Shown here: positions 1 to 7,616 of the stretch, piece after piece
How positions within the stretch are numbered: the first letter of the stretch is position 1
Layout of the letters: each line of letters opens with the position of its first letter
Origin: a virus
Strand: one strand, 5' to 3'
IMG/VR virus record: IMGVR_UViG_3300031813_000041
Length of the DNA: 47,457 nucleotides
Program-made: the position numbers and the translations under genes
Notes under the pieces: generated by a model
Seen by the model: only the letters and a program-made list of their open reading frames with translations
Database searches by the model: none
Told to the model about the DNA's origin: nothing

Positions 1-127
1 GGATCATGATTGCAGACTCCAGGTATGCGAATTTTACAATCCTCCCCCCTTGCGAGAGAAAGATACTTCTTGGATCTAAATGTCATGCTCTGCCTTAAAT
101 GCCTCTACATACTCTATCAAAGAAGAT
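1..127. repeat. 127-bp terminal direct repeat (copy 1), identical to 47331..47457; circular closure / assembly overlap
   Basis: Read directly: ggatcatgattgcagactcc...ctatcaaagaagat is present at both ends of the window. Confidence 0.95.
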
Positions 128-459
128 AGTCGTTTAATAGACATGGATGCCGTTGATTCTCTTAAATTGACGAGTTCGTTCTCGATACCTGGAACGATAT
201 CGGCCTCATGTCCTGTCGCAATAGCATGACCAGACACAAGTAACACTTTCCATTGCTCTTCGGATAGCTTCCGACCAGCCCAAGTAAGTCCAGAATCTGC
301 GATCTCGCGGAAGGCTGTGTGCAGGAGTGCATTCTGGTCTAACGTCCTTGTTGGCTCTTTGAATACGACGATTGTGGATTCAGGCGCGTTGAGTAAGTAG
401 TCGATTGCCCGTTCTTTTTCTTTATTTCTAGCGAGGTTGAAGATTGCTCTGGCGGCCAC
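76..459 (-). CDS. ninB: NinB/Orf-family recombination mediator
   Basis: 127 aa, GTG start with AGGGGA 8 nt upstream. TLDQNALLH and STASMSIKRLSSLIEYVEAF resemble lambda NinB SLDQNRKLW and STSRMRVGEFAELLELIQAF (from memory). Confidence 0.75.
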   Translation of the reverse strand: MAARAIFNLARNKEKERAIDYLLNAPESTIVVFKEPTRTLDQNALLHTAFREIADSGLTWAGRKLSEEQWKVLLVSGHAIATGHEADIVPGIENELVNLRESTASMSIKRLSSLIEYVEAFKAEHDI

Positions 460-587
460 AGTTTTGTCCCCTGATATTCAAATTTGTAGCGTTTTGGTTT
501 GCCGAATTCTTCTATCAATTTCTTCATTTCTGATAAATGTTCGGGATAGTTGTCTGTTAGAAATTGGTTGAATTCTTCTTTAGTCAA
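339..587 (-). CDS. Hypothetical protein; 3' third overlaps ninB in another frame
   Basis: 82-aa ORF. The N-terminal 40 aa (MTKEEFNQFLTDNYPEHLSEMKKLIEEFGKPKRYKFEYQG) look protein-like; the remainder is S/T/Q-rich and overlaps the ninB 5' end by about 120 nt. Confidence 0.35.
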   Translation of the reverse strand: MTKEEFNQFLTDNYPEHLSEMKKLIEEFGKPKRYKFEYQGTKLWPPEQSSTSLEIKKKNGQSTTYSTRLNPQSSYSKSQQGR

Positions 588-975
588 TCATTTTGTCCAG
601 ATTGTTTTTCAATATGCTACCCGCAGATATGGGATCTATACCGCCCGCCATTGCGTGTTGCGCGGCAACGATCTCATCATAGACTCTGGTTCTGAGTTCA
701 GCGTATCCACGGAGCTTGATAACGCAATCTTGGAACGTATTCTTATCTACAAAGTTGGTAGCCAGTTCTGTAGCCAACTCAAAGTTGATGTCCAAGTCCA
801 AGCACATATCGTACAAATTGTAGACCTTATGCTCACTCACATAGTTGATGATGGCTCTACAGGAGTTATCAAAAAAGTATTCTGGAAGAACGGCTATTTC
901 TGACAAGTGCTTTCTGTCGTTTAGGATGTTCCCGATTACGAGAACTTCCAGTTCGTACATATCTTGAATGTTCAT
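580..975 (-). CDS. DnaB N-terminal-domain-like protein (possible helicase-associated or loader factor)
   Basis: 131 aa. ELEVLVIGNILNDRKHLSEIAVLPEYFFDNSCRAIINYV fits the remembered DnaB N-terminal domain pattern (E..vLg.ll.....l..l.pe.F....r.if..i). Start overlaps the helicase stop. Confidence 0.5.
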   Translation of the reverse strand: MNIQDMYELEVLVIGNILNDRKHLSEIAVLPEYFFDNSCRAIINYVSEHKVYNLYDMCLDLDINFELATELATNFVDKNTFQDCVIKLRGYAELRTRVYDEIVAAQHAMAGGIDPISAGSILKNNLDKMID

Positions 976-3371
976 GCTCTCCTCTTTGAGTATTTTATTT
1001 GTTCTGAAACAATAATCTTTTGCACAAAGTCAGGAATTGGCCCTGCAACATAATCTAATCCTTTAGGCCACACTCCGGTTATCCTGCGATATTTATGGCT
1101 TACCCACCCTGACTGATAACCTTTCTTGATCGCATACGCCACCAGGCCGGAATAAATCTTCTGTTTCGCCTCTTGAGGCATCTTGACGATCTTCTGTAGG
1201 CTTCCTTCCTGATGTTGGATTCCTTCCGGTTTCGGTGTTTGGAACGCAAATTCGTAGCCGCATTTCTTGCAGACCTTTGGCCTTGATCGAGTAACGTGCT
1301 TGCACTTAGGACAAACCTTGGTAGTCGGCTCTGTCTTAACGGTGTTCTTAGATTCCGCAGCTTTTCCGTCATCTAGTTCTAAAGGAAGTGGGTCAGTAGG
1401 AAATCCTAGTCTAGCGACTGAACCAGAGTGGTCAAGTACCAAAGCGCAATTGTGTACTAGCCTTCCATTGGCTGTGAATCTTTGCAACGGACCTGCATCG
1501 AGAATGTCCCATACTTCCCCTTCGGTTTGAAGGATTTCGCATTCCATTTCTCCACAATCTGATCGAATGAAAGTCCTGTTGATATCAACCGATATAGTGT
1601 GCTGTCGGCGTATCTCACTTCCTTGTGTTCCTGTCGGAATTTCTCGAATCGCAGTGTATGACCTTTGAATTTCCGCGAATTTTGACGATTTAGCGATCCC
1701 GTAGCCCAGCGCAGATTCCCAGGCTCGTAATGTCCATTGTTGTCTATTCTGTCTAACTGAAAGTCCTCTGGATCTTTTGGTATTCCTAGATTTTCCATAA
1801 TCCAAGTTGCCGCTTCGTTTACTCCATTGAATTTGAATTGGATTCCACGAGCTCCATAGTTTTTGTAATTTCTGTTTGATGGATTTTCGCAGCGTTCTTT
1901 TTGACTTTGAGTTCTTACATAAAGCCATTCTGGAGCAGTTATCGGCTTCCTCGGATTGCAATGTTGACAGGCTTTTGTGTTCGGTCTTTTTACCATATTG
2001 TGAAAACGGCTCATTGACTCTTTTCCGCAATCCCCGCATCTCACATGAACCAATAGATTGAACGTCTTCCCTGTGGTATTTGTAGAGATGATCGTCAGAG
2101 AGCCGTATTGGTTTCCCACTAATTCCGGTGACAACGATCCGTCTGCCAGTACCCTTCGCTTCCTCAAGCCTCTTCCAACCGTCATAAGTCATAACCTCGT
2201 GATCTGGTGTAGCAACAATTCCATCATAAGAGATAACCTTTTTTATCCCCATGCAAACAGCACCTTTATGCTCAACGAAATTGCACCCATCCCAGACTTT
2301 ATGGTCAAGTGTGATTTGCTCTATACTTACTTCCCCTTTATCTGTAAGTATCTTAGTGCCTCTAGATAGGCAAGTCTTCCCCTTTGCTGGTCTTAAAACT
2401 CTCCCAACCATCTGAATGTATCGAATCAGTGATCTGGTAGGTCTTGCTAGAATCATGCAAGCTGTCTCAGGTGCATCAAATCCTTCTGCAAAAAGAGATA
2501 CGTTTGAAAGAACCTGTATTTTTCCAGCCCTGAATCGGTCAATGACTTCGTTTCTCTGGTCTTCCTTACAATAACAATCCAGATGCTCTGCTGACACGCC
2601 CTTTCTCTGAAATTGCTCAACAATATGTCTTGAGTGGTCAATGTTTGTAGCAAAGCAGATGGTTTGCAATCCATTTGCTAACTTGAACCAATGCTCAACG
2701 ATATCGCCAATCAGTTCTTGTTTGTCTACCGCAGCACCCAATTGCTTTTGATGATAGTCTCCAGCCACAATCTTCACGCCTTTGAGATCTGGCTCAGACG
2801 GAGCATACATTTCACAGTCAACCAGAAACCCACGATCTATGAGATCCTGAATCGTTGATACAACCACCATATCCTCAAATACTTTCCCCCAAGGATACTC
2901 ACGCCCTAGCCCTTTAGAGAAAGGTGTTGCGGTCAAGCCAAGCACAGTCATGTTGTTATGAGTCCTCATGAACTCATGATACTGAGCAGAGCCTCCGCAG
3001 AGATGCGCTTCATCAATGATGACCAGATCAAAATCAAACACCCATCCAAATTTCTTTCTAGATGAGAAGGTCTGGATAGACGCTACAGTTATTTCTGAAT
3101 GTGGTCTGTGAGTGTTCTGACCTTGGAGGATGCCTGGATAAATCTTGTACTTGGCGAATCTTTCCCATTGCTGCCTAACAAGATCCTTTCTATGGACAAG
3201 GAACAGGACTTTCTTTCCTTTCTCTGCTGCCATCTGCGCTAATGCAACGGCTAATTCTCCCTTTCCCGAGCCAGTTGGCGAATAGATCAGAACCCTTTTC
3301 TTTCCTAATCGTAGAATCTTCTTTGCTTCCAGTATGGTCTGATCTTGGTAGTCTCTTAGTTGGACTTTCAT
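972..3371 (-). CDS. SF2 (DEAD/DEAH-type) DNA helicase precursor containing an intein; C-terminal zinc ribbon
   Basis: 799-aa ORF with Walker A SPTGSGKGE, DEAH box IIDEAH, TAT motif LTATP and motif VI QMVGRVLR. CPKCK...CKKCG ribbon in the C-extein. Intein inserted after GKT. Confidence 0.9.
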   Translation of the reverse strand: MKVQLRDYQDQTILEAKKILRLGKKRVLIYSPTGSGKGELAVALAQMAAEKGKKVLFLVHRKDLVRQQWERFAKYKIYPGILQGQNTHRPHSEITVASIQTFSSRKKFGWVFDFDLVIIDEAHLCGGSAQYHEFMRTHNNMTVLGLTATPFSKGLGREYPWGKVFEDMVVVSTIQDLIDRGFLVDCEMYAPSEPDLKGVKIVAGDYHQKQLGAAVDKQELIGDIVEHWFKLANGLQTICFATNIDHSRHIVEQFQRKGVSAEHLDCYCKEDQRNEVIDRFRAGKIQVLSNVSLFAEGFDAPETACMILARPTRSLIRYIQMVGRVLRPAKGKTCLSRGTKILTDKGEVSIEQITLDHKVWDGCNFVEHKGAVCMGIKKVISYDGIVATPDHEVMTYDGWKRLEEAKGTGRRIVVTGISGKPIRLSDDHLYKYHREDVQSIGSCEMRGLRKRVNEPFSQYGKKTEHKSLSTLQSEEADNCSRMALCKNSKSKRTLRKSIKQKLQKLWSSWNPIQIQWSKRSGNLDYGKSRNTKRSRGLSVRQNRQQWTLRAWESALGYGIAKSSKFAEIQRSYTAIREIPTGTQGSEIRRQHTISVDINRTFIRSDCGEMECEILQTEGEVWDILDAGPLQRFTANGRLVHNCALVLDHSGSVARLGFPTDPLPLELDDGKAAESKNTVKTEPTTKVCPKCKHVTRSRPKVCKKCGYEFAFQTPKPEGIQHQEGSLQKIVKMPQEAKQKIYSGLVAYAIKKGYQSGWVSHKYRRITGVWPKGLDYVAGPIPDFVQKIIVSEQIKYSKRRA
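1449..2372 (-). mobile_element. Intein (308 codons) inserted just after helicase motif VI
   Basis: Begins CLSRGTKILT (block A), has TPDH (block B), ends VWDILDAGPLQRFTANGRLVHN followed by Cys (blocks F/G). Boundary codons checked on the nucleotide sequence (TGC at 2372..2370, AAT at 1451..1449, TGC at 1448..1446). Confidence 0.8.
1457..2185 (-). CDS. HNH-type homing endonuclease encoded in the +1 frame inside the intein
   Basis: 242-aa ORF with GAGG 9 nt upstream of the ATG. Cys cluster CGDCG...CQHC and LDRIDNNGHYEPGNLRWAT motif. Lies entirely within 1449..2372 but in a different frame from the helicase/intein. Confidence 0.7.
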   Translation of the reverse strand: MTVGRGLRKRRVLADGSLSPELVGNQYGSLTIISTNTTGKTFNLLVHVRCGDCGKESMSRFHNMVKRPNTKACQHCNPRKPITAPEWLYVRTQSQKERCENPSNRNYKNYGARGIQFKFNGVNEAATWIMENLGIPKDPEDFQLDRIDNNGHYEPGNLRWATGSLNRQNSRKFKGHTLRFEKFRQEHKEVRYADSTLYRLISTGLSFDQIVEKWNAKSFKPKGKYGTFSMQVRCKDSQPMEG

Positions 3372-3562
3372 ATCTCCTCTTTTATGAGTTCACCTGTTTC
3401 CACTGAGTAGATTTGACTGATTGTCCTGTCACAGGAGGGACAGTGATTAGTGTCTACCCTAATAGGAGCCAGCGTTGCCGGTATTTTCCAGACGGTCACG
3501 CCTCTGGGAGTGCTGATTTTATTGCTATTAAATAGCATTTCTAAGCCACAAGTGCATCTCAT
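3368..3562 (-). CDS. Small zinc-ribbon protein, first gene of the leftward operon
   Basis: 64 aa with CTCG...CPSC pairs. GGAGGT RBS before the ATG; stop overlaps the helicase start. Confidence 0.5.
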   Translation of the reverse strand: MRCTCGLEMLFNSNKISTPRGVTVWKIPATLAPIRVDTNHCPSCDRTISQIYSVETGELIKEEI

Positions 3563-4054
3563 GTTACCTCCGTTTTTTTAGGCAATAGCCCACCCCAACC
3601 CTTATAAAGTGACCCACTGCTGATCTAGACTTGATATTGTCCATGTGTGGCATGAACTAGGTCTAGGGCATCTCTTCTCGCGGTCTATCAGGTCACTGCG
3701 CTTCCCACGCTTACGGCTGTGTTACCGGCTAATCTTAGTTAGGGCTACCTGTTTTCCTCTGTGCGCTGAGAGGGCTACACAGAACGCGCCGGGGATGGGT
3801 TATCTAAGCGCGGCAGTCTTTCGACCAAAGTGGTGACTTTCTTGATGGGCAGGGGCCGACCCCCTCACAGACTCGCAGCGCATCGGGCTGGACAGCGGGC
3901 AACAAAAAAGCCGACTTGGTTGCTACCGCCCCGGTGGTAACCCTTGCATCACTAAGGAACTAGGGCGGGATAGTAGCAATCAAATCGACTCTCTTATCGG
4001 TTACCACGCCGACAATCCAAATTCTAATCACTAAAAAAAGTTTGTCAACCCCCC

Positions 4055-4082
4055 TTGCAATCCGATTTTTTCCTGATAAAGT
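4055..4082 (+). promoter_or_regulatory. Candidate sigma70-type promoter for the rightward early operon
   Basis: TTGCAA, 16-nt spacer, TGaTAAAGT (extended -10-like), about 38 nt upstream of the ATG at 4120. The CCCCTTGCAATC motif recurs at 6326..6339. Confidence 0.3.
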
Positions 4083-4119
4083 CTATCCATCCCCACTTTA
4101 CGGGGTAAAGGAGAAAACA

Positions 4120-4461
4120 ATGAAACCGTTTAACTTAGAAGCAGCACTCAATGGTGCAAAGGTTGTGACCCGTGATGGTCGCGAAGTTAGTCAGCTTGTT
4201 TGGTTTGATTGCGCTAACAAACATTGTTTGCAAGGCGTGATTGGTGATTGGCTATTTTCATGGACTTTCGAGGGCAAGTTCATGGGTGACGAGATAGAAG
4301 ATCATGATAAGGATCTTTTTATGGCAACCACAAAGCATGAGGGTTGGATTAATTTGTATGGCTGCGGAGAAGCTGGGGTGATTTATGACACCTTAGAAGA
4401 GGCTGTGGGTCAGGCCGAAGGTGGTTGTATAGCAACTGTCAGGGTGGAGTGGGAATCATGA
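4120..4461 (+). CDS. Hypothetical protein (paralogous C-terminal motif with 9229..9522)
   Basis: AAGGAG RBS at 4108..4113 makes ATG 4120 the likely start rather than 4042. C-terminus HEGWINLY...YDTLEEA...IATVRVEWE. Confidence 0.7.
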   Translation: MKPFNLEAALNGAKVVTRDGREVSQLVWFDCANKHCLQGVIGDWLFSWTFEGKFMGDEIEDHDKDLFMATTKHEGWINLYGCGEAGVIYDTLEEAVGQAEGGCIATVRVEWES

Positions 4462-4778
4462 TTGGACAACAACTTAAAGAAGATGGAATCGCCCAGGTTA
4501 CAAAAAACACAGATCCTGACTGGAAGACGGCTTATGTAATGGTCGCAGAAGCCCTTCTAATGTCCTATGCGCCTGGAAAACTGTTTACGGGAGGCGATGT
4601 GAATGATTACATAAAAGAAGTGATTGGCGATCCTCACGCTCCACAGGCGTGGTCAGCGGCATTTGGTGGGCTGATCCGTCAATACTTGAAACACAATCTA
4701 GTGTCATGGGAGGGTTTTACAAAATCAACGAAGAGATCGAACCATGCTCACTACGTTAAGCAGTACAAGAAACTTTAG
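4458..4778 (+). CDS. Hypothetical protein
   Basis: ATGA start/stop overlap with the upstream gene; 106 aa with an ordinary globular-looking composition. Confidence 0.6.
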   Translation: MIGQQLKEDGIAQVTKNTDPDWKTAYVMVAEALLMSYAPGKLFTGGDVNDYIKEVIGDPHAPQAWSAAFGGLIRQYLKHNLVSWEGFTKSTKRSNHAHYVKQYKKL

Positions 4779-4787
4779 GAGATGACA

Positions 4788-4973
4788 ATGAAAACCAATA
4801 TCGCTCTATATGCAATTATCGGATTTATAGCAGCCACCCTAGTCTGGTCTGTGTCTTCATTCAACAAGAAGTCAGTAACGATTAGCGAAAAGCAGTTCTC
4901 CTGTACGGCTACAGAGCCTTTCGGAATTGAAGCACGTTGCACTCAATATACCTGGACGAAGGGGGCAAGATGA
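4788..4973 (+). CDS. Small membrane protein
   Basis: AGGAG then 6 nt then ATG 4788. N-terminal TM segment IALYAIIGFIAATLVWSV. Confidence 0.55.
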   Translation: MKTNIALYAIIGFIAATLVWSVSSFNKKSVTISEKQFSCTATEPFGIEARCTQYTWTKGAR

Positions 4974-5191
4974 GAGTCGATCTTTTAAACGGGACCACCG
5001 TTACACTTGAATACAATTTTTCAAAAGGCTATGACGCTACCCTTGAAGATCCAGGTTGTGATGATGAGTTTGAGATTGAGCAAGTTCTCTGGGATAGCGG
5101 AAAAGGTGAGATAGATATCTATCCGATTCTCTCTGATCTTGAGATCGAGAACATTGAAGATCAATTCTGGGCATATGAGGAAGAACCGTGA
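4970..5191 (+). CDS. Hypothetical acidic protein
   Basis: ATGA overlap with the previous stop and a GGGGG RBS; 73 aa, D/E-rich. Confidence 0.55.
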   Translation: MRVDLLNGTTVTLEYNFSKGYDATLEDPGCDDEFEIEQVLWDSGKGEIDIYPILSDLEIENIEDQFWAYEEEP

Positions 5192-5835
5192 GAGTAGATT
5201 TGCTAGACCATTCTGGAAACGACCTGTCTGTTGTGAACTCAGCCAGAGTCAGCTTTGATAAAACCTCTTACTTAGATGATGACGGTAATTTAAGTGAACG
5301 GGATAAATCTTTAATAAGCTATCTTGCTAGGAACAAGCACTGGACTCCGTTCACTCACGCAACCGCCAGCTTTAGAGTCACGATGCCAATATATGTGGCT
5401 AGGCAACTTGCAAAGCATCAGATGGGAGGCTCAGTCAACGAAGTCTCAAGAAGATATGTAGATACGCCCCCTGTGTTTGATATGCCTAAAAAATGGCGTA
5501 AACGCGCAGAGAATGTGAAGCAGGGATCTAGTGATGACTGCATCACCGTAGACACGGCTTTATCAAGTCAGATAGCTGACACAATGGATCGTGTTTATCT
5601 GCTCTATAACGATTTGCTGATGTTAGGCGTATGCCCAGAACAGGCCAGAGCTATCCTGCCGCTCTGTACGGAAACGACATGGATATGGACTGGATCACTC
5701 TATTTCTTCGCCAGAGTGTGCAATCAACGTCTTGACCCTCACGCACAGAGGGAAACGGCTGAAGTTGCCAGAGAGATTGAGAAATATATGTCTGTTCTTT
5801 TTCCTGCAAGCTGGAAGGCGCTCCGTGGACTATAA
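5188..5835 (+). CDS. thyX: FAD-dependent thymidylate synthase ThyX
   Basis: 215 aa. ARQLAKHQMGGSVNEVSRRY matches the ThyX RHRxxSxxxxSxRY-type signature region. GTG start overlaps the upstream TGA. Confidence 0.8.
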   Translation: MRVDLLDHSGNDLSVVNSARVSFDKTSYLDDDGNLSERDKSLISYLARNKHWTPFTHATASFRVTMPIYVARQLAKHQMGGSVNEVSRRYVDTPPVFDMPKKWRKRAENVKQGSSDDCITVDTALSSQIADTMDRVYLLYNDLLMLGVCPEQARAILPLCTETTWIWTGSLYFFARVCNQRLDPHAQRETAEVAREIEKYMSVLFPASWKALRGL

Positions 5836-5845
5836 AGCAGTAAAC

Positions 5846-6160
5846 ATGAGAGTGCCGATGGTACTCTACGAGCGGATCAAGGAGATCTCTGACCAGAACC
5901 ATATGACGGTCAGTTCAGTTATCTTCTATATCCTTGACAGACACCTTTTCGAGAAAACAAATGGCCTCAAATATTTCCTTCAAGGACTGGATGATGAAAC
6001 TGTTTACGAGGAACTCAAGACAAGTAACGAACCTAGAATTCGCGAACTCTTGCAGAGACTTCTACAAGATAACAACGTCAGTGGATATGAACGCAAGCCA
6101 GGTTCACGAAGCCGCAAGTCTGTCAGTCGCTCTTCTAGGCGATCTGATGTACAGAGTTGA
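5846..6160 (+). CDS. Ribbon-helix-helix (CopG/Arc-like) DNA-binding protein, putative
   Basis: N-terminus MRVPMVLYERIKEISDQNHMTVSSVIFYIL has a beta-strand/helix RHH-like pattern. The C-terminal 30 aa are S/R-rich and overlap another open frame. Weak RBS. Confidence 0.45.
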   Translation: MRVPMVLYERIKEISDQNHMTVSSVIFYILDRHLFEKTNGLKYFLQGLDDETVYEELKTSNEPRIRELLQRLLQDNNVSGYERKPGSRSRKSVSRSSRRSDVQS

Positions 6161-6251
6161 AGATCCTGTTGCTCTGGCTCAGATGGTTGTGATATCGTTG
6201 AACTCGACATTGAGCGATCTCAAACAGGTTGAGCATAGCTCCCTGCATTGA
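6087..6251 (+). CDS. Possible small ORF overlapping the 3' end of the RHH gene
   Basis: 54 codons (MNASQVHEAASLSVALLGDLMYRVEDPVALAQMVVISLNSTLSDLKQVEHSSLH) that look more protein-like than the overlapping RHH tail. Ends just before the terminator. Confidence 0.25.
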   Translation: MNASQVHEAASLSVALLGDLMYRVEDPVALAQMVVISLNSTLSDLKQVEHSSLH

Positions 6252-6278
6252 TCTTTCATTGTTATCTCCTCCCAGTTC

Positions 6279-6308
6279 GGGCCAGTCTCATTCCTGGCCC
6301 TTTTTTTT
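6279..6308 (+). terminator. Rho-independent terminator
   Basis: GGGCCAG / tctcattc / CTGGCCC stem-loop followed by T8. Confidence 0.75.
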
Positions 6309-6359
6309 GCAAAAAATGTCCTTACCCCTATTGCAATCTTCAGGCGATAGACTAAATTC

Positions 6360-6641
6360 ATGGACGCACTACCAGAAAGAAAATTAATCGGCGCAATCAT
6401 TGAGAATGCGATATCAGACGCAAAGCAACATGATGATGATGGTCTTCATGCAGCAGAGTTTTTGATTGGACCGAGGTCTGATCCTTACTTTCAGCTTCTT
6501 GATATTGATCCGATTGAGTATAGGAAAGGTCTGTGGGCATACGCCAACAAACAGGTGCAATTAGCATCTGACTCAAAAGCCCGCAGAGCATTAAGAAACA
6601 ACATAGAGGAGGCAATGAAACGCTATGGCTATCGACTTTAA
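6360..6641 (+). CDS. Hypothetical protein
   Basis: 93-aa ORF following the terminator and a TTGCAA-containing motif. Confidence 0.55.
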   Translation: MDALPERKLIGAIIENAISDAKQHDDDGLHAAEFLIGPRSDPYFQLLDIDPIEYRKGLWAYANKQVQLASDSKARRALRNNIEEAMKRYGYRL

Positions 6642-6795
6642 GAAACTGAATGAGCAGTACGAAGAATTATCCAAGGACATTGATGAGCTTTCCCTCATCG
6701 TCGAAGGGGTCATACGAAAGAAATACGCGATTGAGCAAATCCTCGATCATTACACATTGGAAACGGAAGGAGATATCTCAAATGTCGATCTATAA
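6625..6795 (+). CDS. Small coiled-coil-like protein (below the 60-aa cutoff of the ORF track)
   Basis: Hand translation: MAIDFKKLNEQYEELSKDIDELSLIVEGVIRKKYAIEQILDHYTLETEGDISNVDL. Fills the gap between 6641 and the erf start with short overlaps at both ends. Confidence 0.4.
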   Translation: MAIDFKKLNEQYEELSKDIDELSLIVEGVIRKKYAIEQILDHYTLETEGDISNVDL

Positions 6796-7345
6796 GAAAC
6801 TGAACGAAGCCCGTATCAAGTTCCACGCTACCAAGCTAGAAAAGACTGGGCATAACAAGTTTGCAGGATACAAATACTTTGAACTTGGGGATTTTCTGGT
6901 CCCTGCTCTACGCATCTTTGATGAAGTCGGATTGTGTGCGGTTGTGACCTTTATCAATACTCACGCAACCATGACCATCTTTGAAACCGAAGGAGACGGA
7001 ATGATTACGATCACCTCTCCAATGGCAGATGCCCCCCTTAAAGGAACGCATCCCATTCAGCAGATTGGTGCTTGCGAAACCTATTCACGCCGTTATCTGT
7101 GGGTAGCTGCCCTTGAGATCGTTGAACATGATGGCTTAGAGGCTGTCACAGCCTCACCAGCGGGCGTTGATGAAGATGCCTTGCTACGGGAGTGGGAGGA
7201 AGAATTGAAGGCGTGTGAGACTGTAGACACGCTCAGAGCGAGTACCAAGATCGGTATTGATTCCCTTAAAAAGACTCATCCCCATCTAGCAGAAAAGCTG
7301 AAAGGGATTGCGGTAACACTATCTAATAACCTGGAGAAAAAGTAA
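6782..7345 (+). CDS. erf: ERF-family single-strand annealing protein
   Basis: GGAAGGAG RBS. NKFAGYKYFELGDFLVPAL and ETYSRRYLWVAALEI resemble P22 Erf FGKYKYRSCEDILEGVKPLL and SSYARKYCLNGLFGI (from memory). Confidence 0.8.
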   Translation: MSIYKKLNEARIKFHATKLEKTGHNKFAGYKYFELGDFLVPALRIFDEVGLCAVVTFINTHATMTIFETEGDGMITITSPMADAPLKGTHPIQQIGACETYSRRYLWVAALEIVEHDGLEAVTASPAGVDEDALLREWEEELKACETVDTLRASTKIGIDSLKKTHPHLAEKLKGIAVTLSNNLEKK

Positions 7346-7602
7346 TGGCTTCTAAGAAATTCGATCTGGCTGTAGTGACTGGATCTTACGTTGATCGCAA
7401 CGGCAACCCCAAAAAGAACTACAAAACCATTGGTGCAGTATTTGAGACAGAGCGCGGTCTGTTTGCAACGATTGATAAGACATTCAATCCTGCAGGTGTT
7501 CCTAGTGATCGTGACTCTATCATGGTTAGCTTCTTTGAGCCAAAGCCGAGAGATGGAGCCGCTCCAAGTCGCGCAGCAGCAGAAGAAGACCTTCCTTTTT
7601 AA
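7345..7602 (+). CDS. Small SSB-like protein with an SSB-type acidic C-terminal tip
   Basis: 85 aa ending AAAEEDLPF, compared with the bacterial SSB tip DDDIPF. Immediately downstream of erf (TAATG overlap). Confidence 0.45.
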   Translation: MASKKFDLAVVTGSYVDRNGNPKKNYKTIGAVFETERGLFATIDKTFNPAGVPSDRDSIMVSFFEPKPRDGAAPSRAAAEEDLPF

Positions 7603-7616
7603 TGTAGGAGATGACA

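Noticed and set aside
1093-1530. Alternative-frame ORFs within the helicase C-extein (1093..1305, 1100..1372, 1267..1530). There are similar nested ORFs inside the tape measure, portal, TerL and capsid genes.
   Set aside because: They are short, have biased composition, and lie fully inside strongly supported genes with no RBS. The HNH ORF inside the intein is different because it has recognisable domain motifs.
3645-3836. A 63-aa ORF in the divergent intergenic region.
   Set aside because: Its composition is R/L/C-rich, it has no RBS, and it sits in a GC-rich non-coding stretch. I treat it as non-coding.
4970-5205. Adjacent genes both start MRVDLL (ATGAGAGTCGATCTTTTA versus GTGAGAGTAGATTTGCTA), which could be a duplicated thyX 5' end.
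   Set aside because: Only six codons match and the downstream sequences are unrelated. Too short to distinguish from coincidence.
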